Shown one piece after another: positions 18,596-28,989 of a stretch of DNA of 64,000 nt (position 1 is the first letter of the stretch; each line of letters begins with the position of its first letter). The notes below the pieces were generated by a model. That model did not search any database and was not told the origin of the DNA. It worked only from the letters and a program-made list of their open reading frames with translations. Both the position numbers and the translations under genes were made by a program. Source of the DNA: an uncultured delta proteobacterium (GTDB lineage: Bacteria > Myxococcota_A > Polyangia > Polyangiales > Polyangiaceae); assembly GCA_963841435.1 (NCBI GenBank), contig CAWJCS010000003.1, positions 768,001 to 832,000 of the forward strand. Direction: 5' to 3'.

Positions 18596-19735
18596 TCAGC
18601 GCGGCCCGGCGCCGTTCATCACGATGTCCTTCACGGCATCCGCGGCGTCCGGGTCGTACGCGTAGGGCGGCTCGAAGGCCGTCCCGGTTTGATCCTCGGC
18701 GCCCGACGTATCGACGTAGTCGTTGCCGCGTGCCGTGAGCTTGGCGGGGCCGCCATCGTCCTCGTTGATCTCGTGCGGCGTCGAGACACCGTCGAAGTAG
18801 TTGTTCTCCACGAAGAGGTCCGCTTCGAAACCCGCGCGGATCACGTAGTTGTTCCCGGTGCTGGAATAATAGTTGTCGAAAACGTGCACCTTGCCGAAGC
18901 GCACGCGCGGCATGCGCTCGTGAACACGCTCGGCCCACCAGTTGTGATGGAACGTCACGCTGAGGGCGCCGCGATCCTCGGCCGCGGCGTTCGCGCTGTC
19001 GCTGTGACCGACGAGATTCGAAAAACGGTGGTTTTCGTACGGCGCCACGTCCGAATAGCGGAATTTCGTCCACGAGACCGTGATGAAGTCGGAGCCGTGC
19101 ACGATGTCGAGGTTGCCGTCACGGCCGTCCCAGATCTCGCAATGATCGATCCAGACATGGTGCGCGTGGTAGATGACCATCGCGTCGTCGTCGTCGTTGG
19201 GCGCTTCGTCCGGCTTGCCTTCGATGATCGAGGTGGCGCCGTTGACGCGCACGTTGCGAACGATCACGTTATTTACGACTTCGTCGGACGATTGCGGGCG
19301 GATGCGGATGCCGCCGTTCAGCAACGCACCGCCGGCGAGACCCACGAGCGTCTTGTTCGACAGGAGCTCGAGACGAGGCACGTCGAAGGTGCCCGTGACT
19401 TCGATGACGAGCGGCTCGTCACTCACGCCGTAGGCGACGAGCTCCTCGGCGGTGGTCGGGCGCACGGTGCGGCCGCCGTCGCCGCCCGTCGTGGTGTCGA
19501 GACCGAGGCCGGGCACCGCGGCCCAGCCGATGAGCGCGTCGGCGGGGACCTCGGCAGGACTCCCCGCCGTACCGGAGCTGCCCGCGGTCGCCCCGCTGCC
19601 GGACGCGGCGGCGTCGCCAGCGCTACCCCCCGCGCCACCCGTGCCCCCGGCGGCGGGGGTCGCGGCGCCGTCATCGCCGCCGCAGGCGGCCGTGACGAGA
19701 GCGAGAAGAAAGTAGGAAAAGACAGGGCGCAGCAT
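18596..19735 (-). CDS. Pectate lyase family 1 (PL1) lipoprotein
   Basis: TTGGDGG, SNKTLVG, NVIVRN, VWIDHC, DGNLDI, ITVSW, VTFHHNW, RMPRVRFGKVHVFDNYY; lipobox LVTAAC. Confidence 0.92.
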   Translation of the reverse strand: MLRPVFSYFLLALVTAACGGDDGAATPAAGGTGGAGGSAGDAAASGSGATAGSSGTAGSPAEVPADALIGWAAVPGLGLDTTTGGDGGRTVRPTTAEELVAYGVSDEPLVIEVTGTFDVPRLELLSNKTLVGLAGGALLNGGIRIRPQSSDEVVNNVIVRNVRVNGATSIIEGKPDEAPNDDDDAMVIYHAHHVWIDHCEIWDGRDGNLDIVHGSDFITVSWTKFRYSDVAPYENHRFSNLVGHSDSANAAAEDRGALSVTFHHNWWAERVHERMPRVRFGKVHVFDNYYSSTGNNYVIRAGFEADLFVENNYFDGVSTPHEINEDDGGPAKLTARGNDYVDTSGAEDQTGTAFEPPYAYDPDAADAVKDIVMNGAGPR

Positions 19736-19861
19736 CGCGGTGCTAAGTGCCCGAAGCACGGGTTTCGATCACGGATTTCGCCGGTCCGCGCCAGATGATG
19801 GGGCGCCCCTGGCAGCTGCCCGCTCCGTGGCGCGCCGCCGCGGTGGGGGTACGCTTCGGCC

Positions 19862-20413
19862 GTGCGACGCTTGCCGGGCTGCTTGCTCACGGCAGCGCTC
19901 GTTTCGGGCGCGGCGACCGCGTCTGCCCAGCGGGCCCCTCCGACCCTGCGGCTCGAGCTGCCCGCGCGGCTCTCGCTGCCACCATCCCCCGACGCGCGCG
20001 AGCCGGCGCTCTGGACCATGCCGGCGTTCCCGAGCGAACGCTTCGCGCTGCCGTTTCCGCTCGCGCCCCGCCGCTTCTCGTTCGAACGGATCCGCCCGGT
20101 GGTGCCGACGGCCTTCGACGTTCCGCCGGTTCTGTTCCGCGCCGACGCCACGTGGCTCGATGCCGGCCCCCTGACGCTTCACACCCTCATGCAGTCGAGC
20201 GAAGCGCTCGGTCTCGACTGCCGGTTGACCTGCCGCGCCCTGCCCGAGCTCATGCTCAGCGAGGAAGCACGGGCTCACCTCGGCGGCGCCGGGCCCGTGC
20301 CGGACAACTACGTCTACTTGCAGAACCGCTGGACCGCGGCGCCGAGCGGCGGATTCACGCGCGGCGCGTCGGGCCTCGTTTCGCTCGGGCTCGGGGGGCT
20401 GCTCGACCTGTGA
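19862..20413 (+). CDS. Secreted hypothetical protein
   Basis: Signal peptide (AALVSGAATASA); ordinary composition; fills the gap between flanking genes. Confidence 0.65.
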   Translation: MRRLPGCLLTAALVSGAATASAQRAPPTLRLELPARLSLPPSPDAREPALWTMPAFPSERFALPFPLAPRRFSFERIRPVVPTAFDVPPVLFRADATWLDAGPLTLHTLMQSSEALGLDCRLTCRALPELMLSEEARAHLGGAGPVPDNYVYLQNRWTAAPSGGFTRGASGLVSLGLGGLLDL

Positions 20414-20462
20414 CGCAAACGATGGCCTTCGGCCGGCCCGCGCGACGAAAGGCGCCGCGCGC

Positions 20463-21533
20463 TCAGTCCTCGATCACCACCGACACGCGCTGCATGCGGT
20501 CGGGTGTCATGACGGCGCCCGCGGCGGCGATGTTCACGGCGTAGTCGCCGGCCGTCGCCCGTTCTCCGAGCACGCCGAGCAGCAGGAGCTCCGTGCCGGC
20601 CGCAACCGCCGTCAGGGCGGCCGCCGGAATGGTGAGGGTGCCGTCCTCGGCAGCCGCCAAGCACACCAGGTACGGGGCGCCGCTCGTCGTCGACCGAGTC
20701 TGGATCTGCAGCGCGACGCCCTTGATCCCGCGGTCCCAGCGCAAGACGAGATCGGCCGAGCGCGAGGCGTGCACCGTGCCCTCACCCGCGGCGAGCGCGG
20801 GCTCCGTGAGCAGAAGCACGAGCGGGTAAGTCAGGGTGTGCGTGAACGCGGGGACCCCGCCGCCGCTGGCCGTGATCGTGACGGTCTCGCCGCCTCCGAG
20901 GTAACCGGAAGGCGTGGACAAACCGTACGCGCCCGTCGCATCGGGCGTGAGCTCGACGGAGAAGGTATCCATCTCGCTTGCGATCGTGATCGAGCCGGCG
21001 TCGGGAGGGGTGGTGGGTTCCGGCGTCGGGCCGCCACCCGGATCCGTGACGGGGCAATCCCACACGGCGCACGCTCCGTAGGTCGTGGGCATGCAGACGG
21101 AAGGCGTCACAACGCTGCCGCCGCGCGCGAAGCTCGCGCTCGCGAACGAGTAGTTCCTCGTGTCGTCCGGGAAGTGATAGATGGTGCCAAACTGGACTTG
21201 ACCCGTCGGCGTGCTCAAGGTCGCGCCCGCGCTGCCTGCCGAACCGGCCTCGCCCGCCGTTCCGCCGGTGCCCGTGCCCGCCACACCACCCGTGCCGGAC
21301 CCGCCGGCACCGGCTCCCGCCACGCCCGCGCTACCCGCGGTACCCCCACTTTCGGCCGTACCAGCGCTACCACTTGAAGCGCTGCTGCCGGCAGCCCCAC
21401 CCGTCGCTCCCGCCGCGCCGGAGGAACCGCCCGTCGCACCGCCACCCGGCGTCACGTTCCCCCCGTTGTGATCCGGTCCGCAGGCGACCACGGAAAAGCC
21501 GACGAGCATCCCCAAACGAGCGAACTTCGACAT
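20463..21533 (-). CDS. Lipoprotein with Gly-rich linker and beta-rich C-terminal domain
   Basis: MSKFARLGMLVGFSVVAC lipobox; DAGSITI..GGETVTITASGGGVPAF..DLVLRW..DGTLTIPAAAL. Confidence 0.8.
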   Translation of the reverse strand: MSKFARLGMLVGFSVVACGPDHNGGNVTPGGGATGGSSGAAGATGGAAGSSASSGSAGTAESGGTAGSAGVAGAGAGGSGTGGVAGTGTGGTAGEAGSAGSAGATLSTPTGQVQFGTIYHFPDDTRNYSFASASFARGGSVVTPSVCMPTTYGACAVWDCPVTDPGGGPTPEPTTPPDAGSITIASEMDTFSVELTPDATGAYGLSTPSGYLGGGETVTITASGGGVPAFTHTLTYPLVLLLTEPALAAGEGTVHASRSADLVLRWDRGIKGVALQIQTRSTTSGAPYLVCLAAAEDGTLTIPAAALTAVAAGTELLLLGVLGERATAGDYAVNIAAAGAVMTPDRMQRVSVVIED

Positions 21534-21694
21534 CCCAAGCTCCTCTGCGAAGATTCCGAGCCAAAGCAAGACGCGTACCGCGAGAGCCAGGGTGCTCTCG
21601 AGCGGCCTCGCACGCTTGAGCTGGATTGCCGCCTGATCTTGGTGTCGCGGCGCCCCCCGAACCACCAGGAACACAGGAGCCTTCGCGCTCCCCG

Positions 21695-22513
21695 TCAGCC
21701 GGCCTTCTGTCCCCACTTCTCGGCGAGGCCCGCACCGACCCGGAGCGCCGCCACCACGACGCCGGGCGCATGTCGCTGGACGCCGACCGCGACCTTGCCA
21801 TGGGCCGTGATGACCACCTCGGCACGCCGAGCAACGACGGCGCCGACCATACTGCGTGCCGCTCGCGCTGCGGGCATCGAAAGCCAGCCGGGCAAGGGAT
21901 CTCGCGCGTCTTCGTGGAAGCTACTCTGGTTGTCGACCTTGCGGAGCTCGCTCTCGACGAAGCCGGGCGCGAGGTGCGTCACCGAAACACCGCTTTCTCT
22001 CAGCTCGCCGCGCAGGCAAGCCGAAAGCGACCGCACGGCATGCTTGCTCATGCAGTACGCGGACCAGCCGGGCAGCGATACGTAACCGTTGACGCTGCCG
22101 ACGATGCCGATGGCGCCGCGCCGCTCGGTGAGCGCGGGCAGCGACTCCCGCACGCTACGTAGTACACCGAACACGTTCGTCTCGAACTGCCTTCGATAAT
22201 CCTCGAGGGTGAGCGACGTGACCCCGCCCGCCACGGCAAACCCGGCATTCGCGAACAGAAAGTCCAGCCCACCGAAACGCTCGACGGCAGCGCGCACGCC
22301 GCGCTCTATGTCACCGTCACGCGTAACGTCACCGGGCACGCCGAGCGCACGCGCTCCGAGCCGCTCGGCGAGCGCCGCGACACGCTCGGCGCGACGCGCC
22401 AGGAGGACCACGGAGCCGCCGCGCACGACGACCTCTTCGGCGAGAGCCGCGCCGATGCCGGCCGAGGCGCCCGTGACGAGCGCGACCTTACCCTCGAGGT
22501 TGCCGTGAGCCAT
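21695..22513 (-). CDS. Short-chain dehydrogenase/reductase
   Basis: TGASAGIG, NAG, S..YCMSK, PGFVES. Confidence 0.93.
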   Translation of the reverse strand: MAHGNLEGKVALVTGASAGIGAALAEEVVVRGGSVVLLARRAERVAALAERLGARALGVPGDVTRDGDIERGVRAAVERFGGLDFLFANAGFAVAGGVTSLTLEDYRRQFETNVFGVLRSVRESLPALTERRGAIGIVGSVNGYVSLPGWSAYCMSKHAVRSLSACLRGELRESGVSVTHLAPGFVESELRKVDNQSSFHEDARDPLPGWLSMPAARAARSMVGAVVARRAEVVITAHGKVAVGVQRHAPGVVVAALRVGAGLAEKWGQKAG

Positions 22514-22517
22514 GCCG

Positions 22518-23189
22518 TCAGTCCGTGATGAGGCCGATTTTGGCGTCGTAGCGCAAGTGCCCGAGACGCTCGTCGTCGAGCTCGATGCTGTAGTCGTTGG
22601 GCACGTTGATCACGGCTTCCTTCTTGCCGACGAAGATCGGGCGCGCGCCCTTGGTGCCGGAGAACGCGACGTGCACCCCGTCTTCTCCCTGTTCGGCCAG
22701 CGTGACGGGGCCAATCGACACTTCCCGCAGCGTGGACCCTTGACGCTTGTAGACGATGAGCACGGTGCGCTTCTCGGATTCCTTCTTGAAGCGCAGCACG
22801 TCGGGAAGGAACGCGTCGCGCGCCTTGGAGAGACAGGCGGCTTGCTTTTCGAGCTCGCCGTTCGCTTCCTTCTGACACGCCGATTGCGCCGTCTGTTTCG
22901 CGTCGGACGCGGCGTAGTCAACGAGAAAGGCGGCGTCGGGTGCCGTGATCACTTCGATTGGCTTCTGAGAGCGCGTCGGACCCGTGGTCGGGGGCGGCGA
23001 GGCGCTCACAGCGGTCTCGGTCTCGGGCGCGGGCTCGGTCTCGGGCGGCGGGGGTGGCGGCGGTGGGGGCGGTGGCGGCGGTGGATGGGCAACGGGAGCG
23101 GGGGCAGCGGCCGGCGGCGGCGGGCTCGCGCAGGCCACGAGCGTGAGAAGCGACGGTAAAATGAGCAGAGAACGCGCAGTCAACGGCAT
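22518..23189 (-). CDS. Pro-rich lipoprotein of unknown function
   Basis: LLTLVAC lipobox; poly-Pro linker; globular C-terminus with a Cys pair. Confidence 0.75.
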   Translation of the reverse strand: MPLTARSLLILPSLLTLVACASPPPPAAAPAPVAHPPPPPPPPPPPPPPETEPAPETETAVSASPPPTTGPTRSQKPIEVITAPDAAFLVDYAASDAKQTAQSACQKEANGELEKQAACLSKARDAFLPDVLRFKKESEKRTVLIVYKRQGSTLREVSIGPVTLAEQGEDGVHVAFSGTKGARPIFVGKKEAVINVPNDYSIELDDERLGHLRYDAKIGLITD

Positions 23190-23255
23190 GAGGGCACCTC
23201 GGACCGCGCTAGCCTAGTGCACCGCTCGCGAGATGCGAGCAAACCATAGAAAGCG

Positions 23256-24332
23256 ATGCTTCCCACCATGCGACCCTGGTTCTTCGGCGTGCTGCTCGTC
23301 GGGTGCCAAGGTGCCACGCCGGGTGCGCCCGCGGGCAGTGAGCGTCGTGGCCCGTTCGTGATCCGGGGAGCTTTGGACGTCGAGGGGCGAAGCGTCGAGC
23401 TCGGGGTGAGCGGCGCGACGTTCGTCGATGCAGCGGGTCTTTCCGGAGCGCGCGTCGTGGACCTGGGCGGCGCGTTCGTCGTGCCGGCGTTCATCGACAG
23501 CCACGTGCACCTCACGTACTACCCGGTGGCGGATCAGCTGCCGGCGGGTGGCGTGGCCGGCGCCGTCAACTTCGCCGCGCCGTTTGCGGCGCTCACGGCG
23601 ACGTTTCCGATCGTGATGCGGCAGTCGGGACCAATGCTAACGTCGCTCTTGGGCTACCCGACGCAGTCCTGGGGGCAGGGCGGCTACGGGCTCGAGGTGG
23701 CGACGCCCGACGAAGCACGCGACGCCGTCGATCGCGTGCTCGACGCGGGCGCGAGCTTCGTGAAGACGCCGCTCGTCGGCGATGCAGGTGTCGATGACGA
23801 CGAGCTTTTTGCCATCGTCGAGCGCGCGCACGAGCGCGGCGTGCGCGTCGCGGTGCACGCGCTCGGGGCCACGGACGCCGAGCGCGCCGTGCAGGCGGAT
23901 GTCAACATCCTCGCGCATACACCCGAAGAGGCGTTGCCCAGCGAGCTTTTCGAGGCGTTCGCCGATCGCGCCGTCGTGAGCACGCTCTCGGCTTTCGGGG
24001 CGAGCACCGAGGCCCTCACGAACCTGCGCGCGTTCGCCGACCACGGCGCCACGGTGCTCTACGGCACGGACCTCGGCAACACGCGCGACGCCGGGATTCA
24101 GCTGGCGGAGGTCGCGGCCCTTGGACGGGCAGGCTTCAGTGGAGCGGAGATCGTGCATGCCGCCACCGATCGTGCGGCCGATTTCTGGGGCATGACAGAG
24201 CTTGGTCGCCTCGAGCCCGGACGCAACGCGAGCTTCCTCGTGCTCGCCGGTGATCCGAATCTCGACCCTGTGACGCTCGCGACACCCGTCGCCGTCGTGA
24301 TCGACGGAGAGGTCCTGGCCGGAAGCTTGTGA
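23256..24332 (+). CDS. Amidohydrolase superfamily protein (probable lipoprotein)
   Basis: VVPAFIDSHVH, FVK, VAVHA, LAH, YGTDLG, GRLEPGRNASFLVL; lipobox LLVGC. Confidence 0.85.
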   Translation: MLPTMRPWFFGVLLVGCQGATPGAPAGSERRGPFVIRGALDVEGRSVELGVSGATFVDAAGLSGARVVDLGGAFVVPAFIDSHVHLTYYPVADQLPAGGVAGAVNFAAPFAALTATFPIVMRQSGPMLTSLLGYPTQSWGQGGYGLEVATPDEARDAVDRVLDAGASFVKTPLVGDAGVDDDELFAIVERAHERGVRVAVHALGATDAERAVQADVNILAHTPEEALPSELFEAFADRAVVSTLSAFGASTEALTNLRAFADHGATVLYGTDLGNTRDAGIQLAEVAALGRAGFSGAEIVHAATDRAADFWGMTELGRLEPGRNASFLVLAGDPNLDPVTLATPVAVVIDGEVLAGSL

Positions 24333-24429
24333 GCGCCCCTGAACGGCGGTGCTCGTCGCATGCGGCCCCCCATCGCGTTGCCGCCCCTGGCCCCGCGTGG
24401 CATAGTCCGACTTTGGAGGAGGTGTTCCT

Positions 24430-26826
24430 ATGCGGTGGATCTATGGGTTGCTCGGCACGGGCTTGCTGGCGGTCGGCGTGGGCGGCGGGTGCAGCTCGGA
24501 CGAGCGGAGCAGCGCAGGGGGAACGGCGGGCACGGGCCTTCTGGAAGCGGGGAGCGGGGGGAGCCAGGGCGGCGAAGCAGGTGGCGAGCCTTCTGCCGGA
24601 ACCGGGGGAGCGACGGGAGGCGCGAGCGGGAGCGGCGCCGGCCAGAGCGGTGCGAGCGGCGAGACGTTCGGGTCAACCGAGCCTGAAAGCCCGAGCGTCA
24701 ACGTTTCCCTCGTTGATCCACGGGCGAGCGAAAAGGGCGCCATCGACGCGAAGCTCGCCGAGGTCGCCGAGCTAACGCCCGCGGAGCTCTTTTCACGCTA
24801 TCCGACGCACTTCGGGGCGCTCGGCTACGACCCGCTCACGGCGCTCGGCCTCGACACGCTCGATGCGTCGGCACTCTCGCTCGAGGACGATGCGAAGGAC
24901 ATCCTGTCGAACGACGGCTTCGTGATCTCCGACCGCCAATCATTTCCGAGCTTCGTTGCCGGCTATACGGCCATCTACGGCGAGCACTTGCCGCTCTACG
25001 TCTCGGCAGATTCGATCCTCGACGCGACGCACCGCTCGTACGACAATATCCTCGAGCAGATCGAGCTCATCGCGCTGAGTCCGCGCCTCGAAGCGATGCT
25101 GACTTCCATGCGCTCGGCCCTGGCCGCGGGTGCAGCGGATCCGTTCGGCGCCGGAGCAGTCGCCGACGCCGACGTCTACGTGAGTGTCGCTGCGAGCTTG
25201 CTCGCCGACGAGGTGATGGCGCCCGCCGCGGGTGGGCCGGCAGCCGAGGTGAGCGAGCTCTACGAAGCGGCGCGAGCAGCCGAGGGCCTTCGCAAGCGCG
25301 TGTTCCTCGGCGTACCCCGCGCGATCGATTTTTCCCAGTACGCGCCGCGTGGCCACTACCTGAACGACCCGACGCTCGAGCGGTACTTTCGCGCGACGAT
25401 GTGGCTCGGCAGCATGGATCTTCGCTTGATCGAGACGCTGGACACGGGCAAGCAGGTCTTCCGGCGCCGGCAGCTCGAGCTCGCTTACGCGCTCAGGGCG
25501 CTCTTCGACGACACGGCGCTCGCCGACTACGAAGCGATCGACGGTGTCGTTCGGGCCTTCGTCGGCGAGTCGGACAACATGACGCTCCCCGAGCTCGACG
25601 GGCTGCTCTCGGATCTCGGCGTCGCCGCACCCGAAGCACTCTCGACGATCGACGACGAGACGCTTGCGCAAGCGATCCTCGACGGCGGCTACGGCTTGCA
25701 GCGCATCTCTGGCGGCATCCTCGAGAACGGCACCCAGGGCCCCATCCCGCTCTCGTCTACCTTTCTCCTACTCGGCCGGCGCTACGTCGTCGACAGCGAG
25801 GTGTTCTCGAACGTCGTGTACGGCCGCGTCCCCGTTCGAGATGGAGCGATGCGGTTGATGCCCAATCCGCTCGACGTGGCCTTCGCCGCGCTCGAAAACG
25901 ACCAGGCGGCGACGCTGCTCGCACCGGAGCTCGACAACTACCACTATGCTCCGGAGCTCGCGGCGACGCGCCTGCTCGTGGATTTTCACGAGCCCACGTT
26001 CTGGTCCGCGAACCTCTACAACGGCTGGCTCTCGGCGCTCCGCGCGCTCTCGCCGCCTTCGGACCTCGCCGACGCGGCGGCGCTCGGGCTGCCGCGCGTC
26101 GCGGGGACCGAAGCCTGGGGCCGACGGATCCTGAGCGCCCAGCTCGCCTCGTGGGCCGAGCTTCGACACGATACGCTGCTCTACGCCAAGCAGTCGTACA
26201 CCGACGCGCCCGAATGCGAGTTCCCGGACGGCTACGTCGATCCGTACCCCGAGTTTTACGCCACGCTCGGCAACTATGCGCGCCGCGGGCGAGCCGTGGT
26301 CGAGAATCTCGGTGACCTCGCCGGTGACTATTTGGGCGCGGCCATGGTCAACTACTTCGACGAGCTCGAAACGACGAGCGGCACGCTGCAGGCGCTCGCC
26401 GAGAAGCAGCGCACCGGCGAGCCGTTCGGCACCGACGAGATCGCGTTCTTGAACCGCGCGATTGGCGACAGCGAGAACTGCTTCTTCGATCCGGACGGCT
26501 GGTACCCGCGGCTCGTGTACCTCGGCGTCGCGTCGGAAACGGACACCGAGTACGATCCGACCATCGCGGACGTTCACACGCAACCCGCCGACGAGGGCGG
26601 CGCGATCGTCGGCAACGTGCTCCACGTCGGCACCGGGCCGGCGCGGCTCATGGTGGTGACGGCGGATACCTGCGTAGGCCCGCGGGCTTATGTCGGGCTC
26701 GCGTCGTCGTATTTCGAGCGCATCACGACGAACTTCGAGCGACTCACGGACCAGCAGTGGGCGAGCGAAGTGCAAGACGCGCGGCCCCCCGACGTGCCGT
26801 GGGTGGTGGACCTCGTCGCGCGCTGA
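24430..26826 (+). CDS. DUF3160 domain lipoprotein
   Basis: LYVSADSILDATH, DFSQYAPRGHY, LERYFRATMWLG, LASWAELRHDTLLYAKQSY, GYVDPYP, IADVHT, VLHVGTG, RLTDQQW. Confidence 0.85.
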   Translation: MRWIYGLLGTGLLAVGVGGGCSSDERSSAGGTAGTGLLEAGSGGSQGGEAGGEPSAGTGGATGGASGSGAGQSGASGETFGSTEPESPSVNVSLVDPRASEKGAIDAKLAEVAELTPAELFSRYPTHFGALGYDPLTALGLDTLDASALSLEDDAKDILSNDGFVISDRQSFPSFVAGYTAIYGEHLPLYVSADSILDATHRSYDNILEQIELIALSPRLEAMLTSMRSALAAGAADPFGAGAVADADVYVSVAASLLADEVMAPAAGGPAAEVSELYEAARAAEGLRKRVFLGVPRAIDFSQYAPRGHYLNDPTLERYFRATMWLGSMDLRLIETLDTGKQVFRRRQLELAYALRALFDDTALADYEAIDGVVRAFVGESDNMTLPELDGLLSDLGVAAPEALSTIDDETLAQAILDGGYGLQRISGGILENGTQGPIPLSSTFLLLGRRYVVDSEVFSNVVYGRVPVRDGAMRLMPNPLDVAFAALENDQAATLLAPELDNYHYAPELAATRLLVDFHEPTFWSANLYNGWLSALRALSPPSDLADAAALGLPRVAGTEAWGRRILSAQLASWAELRHDTLLYAKQSYTDAPECEFPDGYVDPYPEFYATLGNYARRGRAVVENLGDLAGDYLGAAMVNYFDELETTSGTLQALAEKQRTGEPFGTDEIAFLNRAIGDSENCFFDPDGWYPRLVYLGVASETDTEYDPTIADVHTQPADEGGAIVGNVLHVGTGPARLMVVTADTCVGPRAYVGLASSYFERITTNFERLTDQQWASEVQDARPPDVPWVVDLVAR

Positions 26827-27010
26827 CTCGGCGCGCGCGCGGGGCGGTCCGCGCTACCGGGAGGAGTCTGGCAAGCGCCGGGCGGGCGGCCGGGCGACCC
26901 ACCGTGAGCCGGAAGGCACCAGGGAAGCCGAAACCGCGCGCAGGTGTTGCGTGATCATGTCTGGTTATTGCGCACGAGCAGCCGGACCCTTCCGGACTTA
27001 GGTTAGGTCG

Positions 27011-28273
27011 GTGGACGACTCACGCCGACCGGACGGCCCCGAGATCCTGCGCTTGTCGCGAAAGCGCAAGCTCCGCGGGAGGCTTTACCGCATCGGGCTC
27101 GCGGTGCTCGTCGCGGGCGGCGTCGCGGGCTTCTTCGTGTGGCGTGCCCGCCATGCGGAAACGTCCACGGTTTCTTACGTGACCCGCGCCGTCAAGCAGG
27201 GTGACCTCCACGAGACGGTCACCGCCACCGGCACGCTGAAGGGCCTCGACTCCGTCAACGTGGGCGCGCAGATCTCGGGGCGCGTCAATCAGGTGTTCGT
27301 CGACTTCAACGATCAGGTGAAGGAAGGACAAATCCTCGCCGAGCTCGATCCGGCGCAGCTAAAATCGCGAGTCGATCAGGCGCGCTCGCAGGTGCTCGCT
27401 GCCGACGCGTCGCTCAGGCTCGCCAAGGCGACGGCGAGTCAGGCGACGACGCAGGCCGCCCGCGCGAAGGGGCTCGCCGACACGGGGATCCTCGCCACGC
27501 AAGAGCTCGACGCGGCGCGCGCGGATGCCGAGCGCGGCGAGGCCAACGTCGCGGCCGCGAAAGCCCAGCTCGATCTCGCTCGCGCTTCGCTCAAGGATGC
27601 GCAGACGGCCCTTTCGTACGCGACGATTCGCGCTCCCATCGACGGTATCGTGCTGTCGCGCAACGTCGAGCCGGGTCAGACAGTCGCCGCTTCGTTCCAG
27701 TCGCCCGTGCTGTTCACGCTCGCGCGGGACCTCACGCATCTTTCGCTGTACGTCAACGTCGACGAGGCCGATGTCGGCAAGGTGCGCGAGGGCCAGCACG
27801 CAACGTTCAGCGTCGACGCGTGGCCGGACAAGGAGTTTGCCTCGAAGGTGGTTTCGGTGCGCAACCTGCCGACGACCGGGGAGAGCGTCGTCACCTACCA
27901 GGCCGTGCTGTCCGCCGACAACGCCGAGAAGCAGTTGCGTCCCGGGATGACGGCCACGGCAACGATCACGATCGCCGAGCACGACGGCGTGCTCCTGATC
28001 CCCAATGGCGCGCTACGCTTCACCCCGCCCACGAACCAGCAGCAGGGTCCCCGCCTGCCGTTTCCCGGCATGCGTCCGGCAAAGAGCGCCGCACCGGCCG
28101 CAGAGAGCGCGCCCGAACGCGGTCGCCACGCGGTGTACACGCTCGAGGCCGGTGAGCCCGAGCGGCACGATGTCGAGATCGGCGGGACGGACGGCGAGTG
28201 GACCGAGCTCCGGGAGGGCCTCGCGCTCGGCAGCCAGGTCGTCGTCGATATGGAGCAGAAGGCGGCGCAGTGA
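27011..28273 (+). CDS. macA: MacA/HlyD-type periplasmic adaptor
   Basis: N-terminal TM; VTATGTL..VGAQISGRV..VDFND; IRAPIDG..VEPGQTVAAS; LRPGMTA. Confidence 0.88.
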   Translation: MDDSRRPDGPEILRLSRKRKLRGRLYRIGLAVLVAGGVAGFFVWRARHAETSTVSYVTRAVKQGDLHETVTATGTLKGLDSVNVGAQISGRVNQVFVDFNDQVKEGQILAELDPAQLKSRVDQARSQVLAADASLRLAKATASQATTQAARAKGLADTGILATQELDAARADAERGEANVAAAKAQLDLARASLKDAQTALSYATIRAPIDGIVLSRNVEPGQTVAASFQSPVLFTLARDLTHLSLYVNVDEADVGKVREGQHATFSVDAWPDKEFASKVVSVRNLPTTGESVVTYQAVLSADNAEKQLRPGMTATATITIAEHDGVLLIPNGALRFTPPTNQQQGPRLPFPGMRPAKSAAPAAESAPERGRHAVYTLEAGEPERHDVEIGGTDGEWTELREGLALGSQVVVDMEQKAAQ

Positions 28274-28989
28274 CCCCGGCCGCGGCGCCCGAAGAGCCTC
28301 TCATCCGGCTACGCGGCGTGGAGAAGCGTTACGGCGAAGGGGAGTCGACGGTGATGGCGCTCGCCGGCGTGGACATCGACATCGCGCCCGGGGCGTTCTG
28401 CGCCATCATGGGCGCGAGCGGCTCGGGGAAGTCCACGTGCATGAACATCCTCGGTTGCCTGGACGTCCCGACGCGCGGCACCTACGAGCTCGCCGGCGTC
28501 TCCGTGGGCGACCTCGACGGCGACGGGCTCACGCTGCTTCGGCGTCACTACATCGGCTTCGTGTTCCAGGGATTCAATCTGCTGGCGCGAACGAGCGCGC
28601 TCGAGAACGTCGAGCTGCCCCTGGTCTATCGGCGCGTGTCCCAGGCCGAGCGCCGGAGGCGGGCGCTCGCTGCGCTCGATCTCGTGGGGCTCGGCGATCG
28701 TGCCCGCCACACGCCGCAGGAGCTTTCGGGCGGCCAGCAGCAGCGCGTCGCCATCGCGCGCGCCCTGGTCACCGACCCCGAGGTGCTGCTCGCCGACGAG
28801 CCCACGGGCAACCTCGACAGCGCCCGCACTCGCGAGATCATGGAGCTATTGAAGGGGCTCAATGACGACCACCGCATCACGATCGTGATCGTGACGCACG
28901 AGGCCGATGTCGCCTCCTTCGCGGAGCGCACGCTCGTCTTCCGCGATGGTCTCGTCGTCGAGGACAAGCGCCGGGAGGCCAAGAGCTGA
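28270..28989 (+). CDS. ABC transporter ATP-binding subunit (MacB/LolD-type)
   Basis: GASGSGKST, LSGGQQQRVAIARAL, LLADEPTGNLD, VTH; GTG start overlaps the upstream stop. Confidence 0.93.
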   Translation: MTPAAAPEEPLIRLRGVEKRYGEGESTVMALAGVDIDIAPGAFCAIMGASGSGKSTCMNILGCLDVPTRGTYELAGVSVGDLDGDGLTLLRRHYIGFVFQGFNLLARTSALENVELPLVYRRVSQAERRRRALAALDLVGLGDRARHTPQELSGGQQQRVAIARALVTDPEVLLADEPTGNLDSARTREIMELLKGLNDDHRITIVIVTHEADVASFAERTLVFRDGLVVEDKRREAKS

